A stretch of 64,000 bases of DNA, taken from the NCBI GenBank assembly GCA_041660025.1, contig JBAZXD010000001.1, forward strand, positions 40,059 to 104,058, written 5' to 3'. The DNA is from Minisyncoccota bacterium. GTDB taxonomy: Bacteria > Patescibacteriota > Minisyncoccia > Phycocordibacterales > Phycocordibacteraceae. Both the position numbers and the translations under genes were made by a program. Below the pieces are notes generated by a model. It did not search any database. It was not told the origin of the DNA and saw only the letters and a list, made by a program, of their open reading frames with translations. Shown piece by piece: positions 28,496-37,882 of the stretch (the first letter of the stretch is position 1; each line of letters starts with the position of its first letter).

Positions 28496-29047
28496 ATGTC
28501 CATCACCAAACAACGACAGCAAAGCGCCTATCTCGCACTCGCGGAGACCTTCGGCTACACGAGCGCGATGCAGGGCCCGCGCATTATGAAGGTCGTCGTT
28601 TCCTCCGGCGTCGGCAAGAAGCGCGACAAGAAGCAGCTCGAGGTCATTGAGGATCGTCTTGCGAAGATCACCGGACAGAAGCCGTCCGCGCGCGCCGCGC
28701 GCCTCTCCATCGCCTCTTTCAAGGTGCGCGAGGGCGATACGGTCGGACTCCAGGTAACGCTTCGCGGCGCGCGGATGTACGACTTCCTCGACAAGCTCAT
28801 CCACATCGCGCTCCCGCGCACCCGCGACTTCCGCGGCCTCTCCGCGAAAGCGATCGATGATATGGGGAATATCACCATCGGTATCAAGGAGAACACCATT
28901 TTCCCGGAAACGTCTGATGAAGACCTGAAAGATGTGTTCGGGTTCGCCATTACCGTCGTCACCACGGCCAAGTCGAAGGCCGAAGCTGAAGCCTTCTTCC
29001 GCCATCTCGGGCTCCCGCTTATCGTTGACTCGAGCGTAAAACGCTGA
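28496..29047 (+). CDS. rplE: 50S ribosomal protein uL5
   Basis: ITGQKP, SIASFKVREG, LPRTRDFRG. Confidence 0.97.
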   Translation: MSITKQRQQSAYLALAETFGYTSAMQGPRIMKVVVSSGVGKKRDKKQLEVIEDRLAKITGQKPSARAARLSIASFKVREGDTVGLQVTLRGARMYDFLDKLIHIALPRTRDFRGLSAKAIDDMGNITIGIKENTIFPETSDEDLKDVFGFAITVVTTAKSKAEAEAFFRHLGLPLIVDSSVKR

Positions 29048-29083
29048 TATTCTGGAGTGACGCTCCTCGGAGCTTTATTTTTT

Positions 29084-29353
29084 ATGGCAAAGAAATCCCA
29101 ACTGGCGAGATACGCCAAAAAGGTCAAACTCGTAAAGAAGTACGCGGTCAAGCGTGCGGCTTTGAAGCTGGCCGGGGATGCCGCCGGGCTCCAGGCGCTC
29201 CCGAGGAATTCTTCGCCGGTCCGGCTGAAGAACCGTTGCGCGATTACCGGCCGCTCTCGCGGCTATATGCGCACCTTCGGCCTCTCTCGTATCCAGTTCA
29301 GGGAACTCGCCCGCGAGGGGAAGATCCCGGGCGTTAAGAAAGCATCATGGTAA
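29084..29353 (+). CDS. rpsN: 30S ribosomal protein uS14 (long, Zn-independent type)
   Basis: [22 protein letters not shown]...IPGVKKASW; only one Cys. Confidence 0.96.
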   Translation: MAKKSQLARYAKKVKLVKKYAVKRAALKLAGDAAGLQALPRNSSPVRLKNRCAITGRSRGYMRTFGLSRIQFRELAREGKIPGVKKASW

Positions 29354-29751
29354 GCGACCGTATCGGCGATTTCATCGTTCGTCTGCAGAATGCGGCGATG
29401 ATTGGTAAGAAGGAGGTATCAGCACCGCATTCGGCGCACCTGCTCGCTATCGCGAAGAAGCTTAAGGAACTCGGTTTCATAACACATGTGGAAGTGAAGG
29501 AGAAGGAAGAGGGAAGCGTGAAGAAAGATGTCGTTGTGACGCTCGCGTACGACGAACGCGGTCTCGCCAAACTGCGCGGCGTGAAGCGCATCAGCAAGCC
29601 CGGTCGCCGGCTCTACGCGCCGCACACGGCAATCCACAAAGTGAAGGGCGGTACGGGCGCACGTATCCTCTCGTCTTCGGTCGGTATCATCACCGATGAC
29701 GAAGCGCGTAAGCAGCGGGTCGGCGGGGAAGATCTCTTCGAGATCTGGTAA
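29347..29751 (+). CDS. rpsH: 30S ribosomal protein uS8
   Basis: [27 protein letters not shown]. Confidence 0.96.
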   Translation: MVSDRIGDFIVRLQNAAMIGKKEVSAPHSAHLLAIAKKLKELGFITHVEVKEKEEGSVKKDVVVTLAYDERGLAKLRGVKRISKPGRRLYAPHTAIHKVKGGTGARILSSSVGIITDDEARKQRVGGEDLFEIW

Positions 29752-29761
29752 TAATTTTTGT

Positions 29762-30292
29762 ATGAGCCGCCTCGCAAAGAAGCCAATAATCGTAGGGAAA
29801 GCCGATATCTCGGTACAGGGCGGCGTGCTTACCGTGAAGGGTGCCAAGGGCACACTCACGAAGCGCGTACACCCGTCCGTGTCGATCACGATCGATGAAA
29901 ACGGCGTGCATATCGCACCGAAGGATGCTTCCCGGCTCGCGAAAGCGCTTACCGGTACCTTCGCTTCACACGTGAAGAATATGGCGGCAGGCGTCGAAAC
30001 GCCGTTTACGAAGAAGCTCATTCTCGAAGGTGTCGGCTACAAGATGGAGGTCAAGGGTAAGGACGTAGTGCTCACGGTCGGCTTCTCGCACACCGTCGCG
30101 CTCCCGATACCGGAAGATGTCACCGCCACGGCAGAAAAGAACGTGATGAAACTCGAGAGCGCGAACAAGGAGTCGGTCGGGCAGTTCGCCGCGAACATCC
30201 GCCGGGTCAAGCCGCCGGAGCCGTATCTTGGGAAAGGCATCCGCTACGAGGGCGAGGTCGTCCGCCGCAAGCAGGGCAAGAAGGCCGTCTAA
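29762..30292 (+). CDS. rplF: 50S ribosomal protein uL6
   Basis: MSRLAKKPI, PPEPYLGKGIRY. Confidence 0.97.
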   Translation: MSRLAKKPIIVGKADISVQGGVLTVKGAKGTLTKRVHPSVSITIDENGVHIAPKDASRLAKALTGTFASHVKNMAAGVETPFTKKLILEGVGYKMEVKGKDVVLTVGFSHTVALPIPEDVTATAEKNVMKLESANKESVGQFAANIRRVKPPEPYLGKGIRYEGEVVRRKQGKKAV

Positions 30293-30301
30293 TATTCTGA
30301 T

Positions 30302-30652
30302 ATGAAACACGCAGGCACCACCAATCGAGAACTACGCAAGCGCCGTCACGCGCGGGTGCGCGCGACTATCAAGGGTACCGCAGAGCGTCCGCGCCTCGCA
30401 GTATTCCGCAGTAACCGCTTCGTCTCCGCTCAGCTCATTGATGACACTGCGGGGAAGACGATTGCCGCCTCGCACGGCCGCGATTTCAAGGGACCGCAGT
30501 CCGTACAGGCGAAGGAGGTCGGCGCCGCGATAGCGAAGGCGGCAAAGGCATCCGGCATCACCACAATTGTGTTCGATCGTGGCGGGTATCGCTACGGCGG
30601 GCAGGTAAAGGCGCTCGCCGACGCCGCACGCGAGGGCGGACTCGCCTTTTAA
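30302..30652 (+). CDS. rplR: 50S ribosomal protein uL18
   Basis: [27 protein letters not shown]. Confidence 0.97.
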   Translation: MKHAGTTNRELRKRRHARVRATIKGTAERPRLAVFRSNRFVSAQLIDDTAGKTIAASHGRDFKGPQSVQAKEVGAAIAKAAKASGITTIVFDRGGYRYGGQVKALADAAREGGLAF

Positions 30653-30660
30653 ATACAACT

Positions 30661-31290
30661 ATGACTACACCCATTGAACCGGAGATCATACAGGAAGTGG
30701 AGGATACTGCCGCACCGGAGGCGCTTCCGGCTGAGGCCGTGATTGCGGAAGTCGCTCCGGTCGCGGCGGCAGTCCCGTCGCCACGTAGTGGCGGCCGCGG
30801 CGCGCTCCGCGGCCGCGCTCCGCGCGCGGGAGGCCGCGGGCGCCCGCCGCGCGAGCGTGGCGAGTTCGAGCAGGTCACCATCGACGCACGTCGCGTGGCG
30901 CGCGTGATGGCGGGCGGGCGCCGTTTCAACTTCAGCTTGGTGGTCGTCATCGGCGACAAGAAAGGGCGCGTTGGTGTTGGGCTCGGAAAGGGTATCGACA
31001 CGGCGCTCGCTATCGACAAGGCGACGCGCGATGCGAAGAAACATCTCTTTACCGTCCCGCGCACCGCTTCTGGTTCGATCCCGCACCAGGTCTCTTCCAA
31101 GTACGCGTCCTCGACAGTCGAGATCATCCCCTCGAAGGGGCGTGGGCTCGTCGCCGGCTCGGCGATGCGGACGGTGCTCGACCTTGCAGGCGTGACCGAC
31201 GTGGTAACGAAGATCCATACGCGTTCCAAGAATAAGCTCACTATCGCGCGCGCGACCGTTGCGGCGTTGAAGAAGCTTCGCACGAAGTAA
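30661..31290 (+). CDS. rpsE: 30S ribosomal protein uS5
   Basis: RVARVMAGGRRFNF, GDKKGRVGVG; long N-terminal extension. Confidence 0.97.
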   Translation: MTTPIEPEIIQEVEDTAAPEALPAEAVIAEVAPVAAAVPSPRSGGRGALRGRAPRAGGRGRPPRERGEFEQVTIDARRVARVMAGGRRFNFSLVVVIGDKKGRVGVGLGKGIDTALAIDKATRDAKKHLFTVPRTASGSIPHQVSSKYASSTVEIIPSKGRGLVAGSAMRTVLDLAGVTDVVTKIHTRSKNKLTIARATVAALKKLRTK

Positions 31291-31299
31291 TTTTTTCCT

Positions 31300-31776
31300 A
31301 TGCAACTCCATTCCATCGTTTCCCGCACCAAGAATAAGAAGAATCCGCCCGTCGGTCGCGGCGGCAAGCGCGGCAAGACCTCTGGTCGCGGCGGCAAGGG
31401 GCAGACAGCGCGCGCCGGACACAAGATCCGCCCGGAAGTTCGCGACCTCATCAAGAAGATTCCGAAGCGCCGCGGCCACGGCAAGAACCGCGCCCGCACG
31501 GTCCGCACGAATCGCATCGCCGTTTCCGCGGTGAACCTTGCCGCGCTCGAGGCGCTGTACAAGGTCGGCGAGACGGTCTCGCCCGCGACCCTGCTCGCCC
31601 GGGGGCTCGTACGCCGGGCGAAGGGGCGTGCGCCGGTGGTGAAGATTCTCGGCACCGGCGCGCTCACGAAGGCGCTTGTCGTCGAGAACTGCACGTTGTC
31701 TGCCGCCGCACTCGCCGCGCTCACTGCGGCGGGCGGTACCATTCGCGGCGAGCAGGTTCGAACCAGCCATGCTTAA
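31300..31776 (+). CDS. rplO: 50S ribosomal protein uL15
   Basis: GRGGKRGKTSGRGGKGQTARAG, VKILGTG. Confidence 0.96.
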   Translation: MQLHSIVSRTKNKKNPPVGRGGKRGKTSGRGGKGQTARAGHKIRPEVRDLIKKIPKRRGHGKNRARTVRTNRIAVSAVNLAALEALYKVGETVSPATLLARGLVRRAKGRAPVVKILGTGALTKALVVENCTLSAAALAALTAAGGTIRGEQVRTSHA

Positions 31777-33043
31777 TTCCTTTTTTCGTAAACTCAAACT
31801 CGCGTTCGGCGACCCCCAGATCCGTGCCCGCATCTTGTTTCTCATAGGCGCGCTCGCGCTGTTCCGTATCCTCGCATCGATCCCGATCCCGGGCGTCGAT
31901 AAGAATGCACTTGCGGCCTTCTTCGCGAATAACCAGTTTTTCGGCCTCCTGAACATCTTTTCCGGAGGCGGTCTCTCGAGCCTTTCTATCGTGATGCTCG
32001 GCGTCGGTCCCTACATCACCGCGTCGATCATTATGCAGCTCGGCACCATCATCTTCCCGCAGGTAAAGCAGGCATACTTCGAGGAGGGCGAGGCGGGGCG
32101 GGCAAAGTTCGTCGGCTGGAGCCGCCTCCTCACCATCCCGATGGCTATCCTGCAGGGCATCGCATTCCTGTTCCTGCTTGAGAGCCAGGGCGTCATAGCG
32201 CACCTCAGTACGGTGGCGCTCATCGCGAACATCGCACTCGTCGCCGCGGGTTCGATGCTCCTTATGTGGCTCGGCGAGCTCGTTACCGAGTTCGGTATCG
32301 GTAACGGCGTCTCGCTCATCATTCTCGCGGGCATCCTCGCGGGCCTGCCGGCGAGCATCTCGCAGACCATCTTCGCCGCCTCCGCGGCGAACATCCCCGC
32401 GTACCTCGCCTTCATCGCCTTCGGCCTTGCGATGATATATGCGGTCGTGGTCGTCTCTGACGCCGAGCGCTCCATACCGATCGCGTATGCGCGCGCGGTG
32501 CGCGGTGCGGCGCTCTCCCAGGGCGCGGCGACGTATCTCCCGATCCGCCTGCTCCAGGCCGGCGTGATCCCCATCATCTTCGCGCTCTCACTCCTCCTTC
32601 TGCCGCAGATGGTACTCTCGGCGCTCGGCGCGCTCGACCTGTCCTTCGCTTCAAGCGGAGCGCTCTGGTATACCGCCTTCCTCTCCAATCCGTGGAAGTA
32701 CGGCGCGGCGTACTTCTTCCTCGTGGTGGTCTTCACCTATTTCTATACCTCGGTCACCTTCGAGCCGCATCGCGTCGCGGAGAATCTCCAAAAGACCGGC
32801 GCGTTCGTCCCCGGCGTGCGTCCTGGCCGCGAGACAGAGGAATACATCGGCAATGTCGTGAACCGCGTCACGCTCCCCGGCGCCACCTTCCTCGGCCTCA
32901 TCGCCGTCTCCCCGAGCATCATCCAGGGACTTACGGGCGTCACCACCCTCGTCCTCGGCGGCACCGCGCTTCTTATCGCGGTCCAGGTCGCCCTCGACCT
33001 CGCCCACAAGATCGACGCCCAGGTCTCGCTTCGCGAATACTAA
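31769..33043 (+). CDS. secY: preprotein translocase SecY
   Basis: LGVGPYITASIIMQL, GIGNGVSL, AGVIPIIFA, PGVRPG, GGTALLI. Confidence 0.97.
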   Translation: MLNSFFRKLKLAFGDPQIRARILFLIGALALFRILASIPIPGVDKNALAAFFANNQFFGLLNIFSGGGLSSLSIVMLGVGPYITASIIMQLGTIIFPQVKQAYFEEGEAGRAKFVGWSRLLTIPMAILQGIAFLFLLESQGVIAHLSTVALIANIALVAAGSMLLMWLGELVTEFGIGNGVSLIILAGILAGLPASISQTIFAASAANIPAYLAFIAFGLAMIYAVVVVSDAERSIPIAYARAVRGAALSQGAATYLPIRLLQAGVIPIIFALSLLLLPQMVLSALGALDLSFASSGALWYTAFLSNPWKYGAAYFFLVVVFTYFYTSVTFEPHRVAENLQKTGAFVPGVRPGRETEEYIGNVVNRVTLPGATFLGLIAVSPSIIQGLTGVTTLVLGGTALLIAVQVALDLAHKIDAQVSLREY

Positions 33044-33061
33044 AAATGTTAGAGTAGTTTG

Positions 33062-33628
33062 ATGGATACACGGACAATATTTTTTATTGGAAAGCCCGGA
33101 TGCGGGAAGGGAACTCAGGCGAAACTGCTCTCGGAGAAGACCGGATGGCCGGTATTCGCCTCAGGGAAGCTCTTCCGCGCCATTGCGCAGGAGGATACGC
33201 CGGTGGGACATAAGATGAAGGCTGAGAACGACGCCGGTGTCCTCGCACCGCATTGGTTCGCGATGTACCTCTATCTCAACTCGCTTTTTTCTATCCCTGA
33301 CGGGCAGAGCGCGATATTTGACGGGTTCAATCGCAAGGTTCCCGAGGCCGAGCTTGTTTTGGACTCGCTGCAGTGGCTCGGGCGCCCGTGCACGATCTTG
33401 AATATCAAAGTTTCCGATGAAGAGGTCCGTCGCCGCCTCGTCCTGCGCAAGGAGATGGAGGGTCGCACCGATGATGCTGTCGTCGAGGAGCGTCTGAAGG
33501 AATACGAGGCGCACACCGCGCCTGCGATCGAGTTCTTCCGCACCGCGGGTGCGTTGATCGAAATAAACGGCGAGCAGACTCCGGAAGAGATCGCGGTCGA
33601 TATCCGTGCGGCGCTCAGCATAAAATGA
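33062..33628 (+). CDS. adk: adenylate kinase (short LID type)
   Basis: GKPGCGKGTQA, FDGFNR, GRTDD; follows secY. Confidence 0.88.
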   Translation: MDTRTIFFIGKPGCGKGTQAKLLSEKTGWPVFASGKLFRAIAQEDTPVGHKMKAENDAGVLAPHWFAMYLYLNSLFSIPDGQSAIFDGFNRKVPEAELVLDSLQWLGRPCTILNIKVSDEEVRRRLVLRKEMEGRTDDAVVEERLKEYEAHTAPAIEFFRTAGALIEINGEQTPEEIAVDIRAALSIK

Positions 33629-34389
33629 CGATTAAGAACGACACCGAGCGGGCGAATCTTATCGAGGGCGGGAAGCGTCTTGCGGCCGTCCTTCGCGCGC
33701 TTCGTTTGAAAGTCGCGCCCGGCGTGACCTCAGAAGAACTCGATACCTTGGCGGAACAGCTCATCCGCGCGGGCGGCGACGAGCCCTGCTTCCTCGGGTA
33801 TACCCCCGAGGGAGCGCACCGGCCGTACCCGGCGACCTTGTGTGTTTCCATCAACGACGAAGTCGTGCACGGCATCCCGAATGAGTCGACGAGGACATTG
33901 AAAGAGGGCGATATCGTCGGCCTTGACCTCGGACTCACGCATAATGGCGTCATCGTGGACGCGGCTATCACGGTGCCGGTCGGGGAGGTGGATGAAGAAA
34001 CGAAAAAACTGCTTGTGGCGACCGAGCGCGCGCTCGCGGCGGGCATCGCGCAGGCCATTCCGGGAAATCATATCGGTGATATCTCGCACGCGATCCAAAA
34101 AGAAATTGAAGATGCGGGATTTAAAGTGGTGAAGGAGCTCGGCGGACACGGCGTGGGCGATCTTGTCCACGAAGAGCCCTTCATTCCGAACTATGGCCGC
34201 CCAGGCGAGGGGGAACTCCTCGAAGAGGGCATGGTGCTCGCGCTCGAACCCATTTCGACTGCCGGCAAGGCCGCCGTGGTGCTCGCGCCCGACGGCTATA
34301 CGTATCGCACCAAGGACGGCTCGCGCTCGGCCCATTTCGAGCACACCATCTTGCTCGAGACGTCCGGAGCGCGTATAGTGACTCAATAA
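33625..34389 (+). CDS. map: methionine aminopeptidase type I
   Basis: CVSINDEVVHGIP, GHGVG..VHEEP, SAHFEHTI. Confidence 0.97.
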   Translation: MTIKNDTERANLIEGGKRLAAVLRALRLKVAPGVTSEELDTLAEQLIRAGGDEPCFLGYTPEGAHRPYPATLCVSINDEVVHGIPNESTRTLKEGDIVGLDLGLTHNGVIVDAAITVPVGEVDEETKKLLVATERALAAGIAQAIPGNHIGDISHAIQKEIEDAGFKVVKELGGHGVGDLVHEEPFIPNYGRPGEGELLEEGMVLALEPISTAGKAAVVLAPDGYTYRTKDGSRSAHFEHTILLETSGARIVTQ

Positions 34390-34417
34390 CCGCCGCGGGC
34401 GATTTCATTTTTAAACT

Positions 34418-35023
34418 ATGGCACATCCTAAAACAGAGAGAACGCTCGTCATCGTGAAGCCTGACGGCATCCAACGTGCCCTCATCGGCGAGATTATGAA
34501 GCGCTATGAGCGTCTCGGCCTGAAGCTCGTCGCGCTCAAGATGATGGTCCCGACCGAAGAGATGATCGAGACACACTACCTGCTCGATCCGAATTGGAAG
34601 AAGAACGTCGGCGAGAAGTCGATCGCTTCGTATGTTAAGAAAGGGGAGACACCGCCTTCGAACGACCCGATCGAGGTGGCGAACGTCGTTGTCGGAAATC
34701 TAAAGAAGTATATGACGAGCGGCCCGGTCATCGCGATGGTCTGGGAGGGCGCACACGCCGTGGAACTCGTACGGAAGATCACTGGCGGAACAGAGCCGCG
34801 AAGCGCAAGCATCGGAACTATCCGTGGCGATTTCGTCGTCGATTCCTACCAAATGGCGGATACTGACAGTCGTGCCATCCGCAACCTCATCCACGCATCG
34901 GGTTCGGTACCGGAGGCGGAGATGGAGATACCGCACTGGTTCAACGATGCAGAGATCATGAAATATAGCGTGCCGCACGAGGCGACGCTCTACGACGTGG
35001 ATATGAAGGGTATTCTTAGCTAA
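34418..35023 (+). CDS. ndk: nucleoside diphosphate kinase
   Basis: ERTLVIVKPDG, YMTSGPV, GTIRGDF, NLIHASGS. Confidence 0.96.
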   Translation: MAHPKTERTLVIVKPDGIQRALIGEIMKRYERLGLKLVALKMMVPTEEMIETHYLLDPNWKKNVGEKSIASYVKKGETPPSNDPIEVANVVVGNLKKYMTSGPVIAMVWEGAHAVELVRKITGGTEPRSASIGTIRGDFVVDSYQMADTDSRAIRNLIHASGSVPEAEMEIPHWFNDAEIMKYSVPHEATLYDVDMKGILS

Positions 35024-35093
35024 TTCGATGTCTCATCGTACTGTCGAGTATAGTTATCCACCGAGACATTTGACACGGGGTGTATACTCGTAA

Positions 35094-35238
35094 GTGGAGC
35101 CGTTCCTTTTTTACGCAACTTGCCTAACTCTCGGGAGCCATGCAGTAAGGCAGTTTGGCGAATTCCGCAAGGAAATCCGAGAACTGCCGTTGCACTACCC
35201 ACCTGGCAAGATAAAGTTGCTTAAGGGAATGACTCCAC
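35094..35238 (+). ncRNA. probable 6S RNA (compact) or other stand-alone rod-like sRNA
   Basis: TATACT -10 at 35083-35088; 5' and 3' ends pair; long irregular hairpin with central bubble; GGGAGC and ACCCACCTG motifs; terminator immediately after. Confidence 0.65.
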
Positions 35239-35239
35239 G

Positions 35240-35269
35240 AAAAAACCGCTCCTTATGGAGCGGTTTTTT
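35240..35269 (+). terminator. intrinsic terminator
   Basis: AAAAAACCGCTCC-TTAT-GGAGCGGTTTTTT. Confidence 0.85.
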
Positions 35270-35288
35270 CGCGTGGTAGAGTTCATAT

Positions 35289-36677
35289 ATGTCATTGCGA
35301 CTTAGTTTCTACGGCGGAGCGGGGAAAGTGACCGGCTCCAATTTTTTAATTCAAGGCGCTCGCGGAAAGGTGCTCGTTGATTGCGGCATCGAGCAGGGTG
35401 CCGATTTTGCTGTAGAGGAAGTGTACGGGCCGTTTCCGTACGACGTGAAAACGATTGACGCACTCGTTGTTACTCATGCGCATCTTGACCACGTCGGGCG
35501 CATTCCGAAGCTTGTGCGGGATGGTTTTCACGGGAAGATATTTATGACACCGGCGACCCGCGATCTCGCGGCACTTATTCTGCTCGACTCGTCCCACATC
35601 CTCGCGGAAGAAGCCGGACGTCTTGGACGCATGCCTTTATATGATGCCAATGACGTTGAAGCGGCGTTCGCGCTCGTCGAAACACTTGAGTATCATACTG
35701 AAAAAGAAGTTGCGCCCGGGCTCTCTGCTTATTTCCGCAATACCGGGCACATTCTCGGTTCGGCGAGCGTGCGCATCACGGACGAAGACGGAACGACGGT
35801 CGTACTCACGGGCGATATCGGCAATTCTCCTTCGCCTCTTCTGCCAGATTGGGAGCCGGTTCCGGACGCCGATGCTCTGGTGATGGAGAGTACCTATGGC
35901 GACAAGGTTCATGGACAGGGAGACCGCAACCTCTTGCTTAAAGAGAGTCTTCAGCACGCGATCAAGCGTGACGGCACAATCCTCATCCCCGCCTTCTCGA
36001 TTGAGCGCACTCAGCTCATGCTTTATGAGCTCTCAAACTTTTTTGATGCCGGCGATTTACCGAAGATTCCAGTCTTCTTGGACTCGCCACTCGCGATTAA
36101 GGTGACGGCAGTGTATGAGAAGTGGGGGATGAGCTATTTCAAACCCGAGACCGAAGACGAGATGAAGCGAGAAGGAAGCATCTTTGAATTCCCGTTCTTG
36201 AAGGCTACGCTCTCGCAGGAAGACTCAAGAGCGATAGAGAAGGTGTCGGGGCCGAAGATCATCATCGCGGGCGCAGGCATGAGCCACGGTGGCCGTATCG
36301 CTCGTTGGGAGACGCGCTACTTGCCTGACCCCTCGACGACGCTCTTTATGGTTGGCTACCAGGCGCCCGGTACGCCCGGGCGGCGCATGATGGAGGGCGC
36401 GGGAAGTGTCCGTATTGCCGGCGCCGAGGTGAAAATCAAAGCAAAGGTTGAAAAGCTTGAAGGATGGTCGGCACACGCCGACCGCGACCAGCTCCTTAAG
36501 TTTGCCGAGGCCGCGCTTGCGAAGAAGCGGCCCAAGGCCGTCTTTACCGCTCATGGCGAGCCTTCTTCCGAACGTTTCCTCGCCCAACGTATCCACGACT
36601 ACCTGGGTGGAAACGCCATCGTCCCCGAGCAGGGTCAGACGTGGGAGATTACCAAAGATTCGGTTAAGAAGGTTTGA
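35289..36677 (+). CDS. MBL-fold beta-CASP ribonuclease (CPSF/YSH1-like)
   Basis: THAHLDHVG, GHILGS, MESTYG, AGMSHGGR, GYQAPGTPGR, SAHAD. Confidence 0.92.
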   Translation: MSLRLSFYGGAGKVTGSNFLIQGARGKVLVDCGIEQGADFAVEEVYGPFPYDVKTIDALVVTHAHLDHVGRIPKLVRDGFHGKIFMTPATRDLAALILLDSSHILAEEAGRLGRMPLYDANDVEAAFALVETLEYHTEKEVAPGLSAYFRNTGHILGSASVRITDEDGTTVVLTGDIGNSPSPLLPDWEPVPDADALVMESTYGDKVHGQGDRNLLLKESLQHAIKRDGTILIPAFSIERTQLMLYELSNFFDAGDLPKIPVFLDSPLAIKVTAVYEKWGMSYFKPETEDEMKREGSIFEFPFLKATLSQEDSRAIEKVSGPKIIIAGAGMSHGGRIARWETRYLPDPSTTLFMVGYQAPGTPGRRMMEGAGSVRIAGAEVKIKAKVEKLEGWSAHADRDQLLKFAEAALAKKRPKAVFTAHGEPSSERFLAQRIHDYLGGNAIVPEQGQTWEITKDSVKKV

Positions 36678-36681
36678 AACG

Positions 36682-36713
36682 AAAACCGCCCCGCTTTAAG
36701 CGGGGCGGTTTTT
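36682..36713. terminator. bidirectional terminator
   Basis: AAAACCGCCCCGC-TTTAA-GCGGGGCGGTTTTT. Confidence 0.85.
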
Positions 36714-36720
36714 GTAAAAT

Positions 36721-37068
36721 TTAGACGACTTGTTTCGCGATGCGTTCGAAGATTTCGGGGTGGTCGGCGGCGAACTCGGCGAGGACCTTACGGTCGAGGG
36801 CGAAGCCGTTCTTCTTCAGCTTCGCGATGAAGGTGGAGTACGACTGGTGGCCGTTCTCGCGGACGGCGGCGTTGAGCCGGACGATCCAGAGCTGGCGGAA
36901 GTCGGTCTTCTTGTCGCGGCGGTGGGCGAAGGCGTAGCGGCCGGCGCGCATCAGCGCCTCGTGCGCGGCGTGTAGCTTCTTCGAGCGGATGCCGCGGTAG
37001 CCCTTGGCTCTCTCGAGAATATTCTTGCGGCGTTTCGTCGCCATCACCCCACCTTTGATTCTTGTCAT
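36721..37068 (-). CDS. rplT: 50S ribosomal protein bL20
   Basis: AKGYRG, FRQLWIVRLNAA, LDRKVLA. Confidence 0.97.
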   Translation of the reverse strand: MTRIKGGVMATKRRKNILERAKGYRGIRSKKLHAAHEALMRAGRYAFAHRRDKKTDFRQLWIVRLNAAVRENGHQSYSTFIAKLKKNGFALDRKVLAEFAADHPEIFERIAKQVV

Positions 37069-37095
37069 ACGAGAAAGATTACTAAAATAGATTAA

Positions 37096-37290
37096 TTATT
37101 TCGCACCGGTGCCCGGGAGGAAGCGGCGACGCACCTTTGCGGTCAAGGTGAGGCTCACCGAGCGACGCTTCGCGCTACGCGCAGAGCCGCTCTGCTTCGC
37201 ATTGAAATGGTTCTGACCCTTCGCGCGCACCACAAGCTTCCCGTTGCGGGTGACGCGGATCCTCTTTGTATAAGATTTATTTGTTTTCAT
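37096..37290 (-). CDS. rpmI: 50S ribosomal protein bL35
   Basis: MKTNKSYTKRIRVTRNGK; between infC and rplT. Confidence 0.92.
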   Translation of the reverse strand: MKTNKSYTKRIRVTRNGKLVVRAKGQNHFNAKQSGSARSAKRRSVSLTLTAKVRRRFLPGTGAK

Positions 37291-37837
37291 GTTTTAATTC
37301 TTTTTCTCTCTTGGCTTGTGCGATAAGGTCTCTCTCTATCACACCGGCGAAGCCCTTCGGGCTCCGGGTGACCGGCTCGGCGATCTTGTACGCATACGGG
37401 ATGCGAACGAGGAACTTCTCGAGACGGTCCTTGAGGAATTCCTCACTCATACCCTTATAGCGGCCTTTGAGGAAGAGCTCGGCGCGGACCCGGTGGCCCT
37501 CAGTGAGCCATTCGGCGGCCTTCTTAGCCTTCAGCTCCATGTCGTGGTCGCCGGTGCCCACCTTGATCTGGACCTCCTTGGTTTCAGACACTTTTACCTT
37601 GGCTTTTGCTATCTTTTCCTTCTTACTGCGCTCGTATTCAAATTTACCATAATCCATGATTTTCGCAATTGGCGGGACGGCCGAGGGCGAAATCTCGATG
37701 AGATCGAGCCCGGCGGTCTTTGCTGCCGCGAGGGCGGCTTCGAGCGAGAGGACGCCCAGATTACTCCCATCAGCGCTGATAACACGCAACTCTGTTGCGC
37801 GTATCTCGTTATTGATGCGAAGTCGGTCGGTAGCCAC
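37277..37837 (-). CDS. infC: translation initiation factor IF-3
   Basis: RINNEIRA, LDLIEISP..PPIAKIMDYGKFEYE; GTG start. Confidence 0.96.
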   Translation of the reverse strand: MATDRLRINNEIRATELRVISADGSNLGVLSLEAALAAAKTAGLDLIEISPSAVPPIAKIMDYGKFEYERSKKEKIAKAKVKVSETKEVQIKVGTGDHDMELKAKKAAEWLTEGHRVRAELFLKGRYKGMSEEFLKDRLEKFLVRIPYAYKIAEPVTRSPKGFAGVIERDLIAQAKREKELKHENK

Positions 37838-37882
37838 TGGAAGTAACTGTAATATAGCACAAAAAGGGTAGGCGGCGCAACA

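Noticed and set aside
18725-32736. Long antisense ORFs (e.g. 18725-20050, 21038-22624, 23848-25305, 30649-31956; likewise 44998-46260, 46664-48268, 49141-50469)
   Set aside because: These are shadow frames opposite well-conserved genes, expected from strong C/G third-position bias; none has protein-family motifs.
35070-35088. Perfect TTGACA plus TATACT as a canonical -35/-10 pair
   Set aside because: Spacing is only 7 bp, so only the -10 element is used as evidence.
35094-35238. SRP RNA, a tRNA, or the 60-61 aa ORFs in this spacer
   Set aside because: It lacks the SRP helix-8 CAGG/AGCA internal loop and any cloverleaf; the short ORFs have no recognisable features and cross the terminator.
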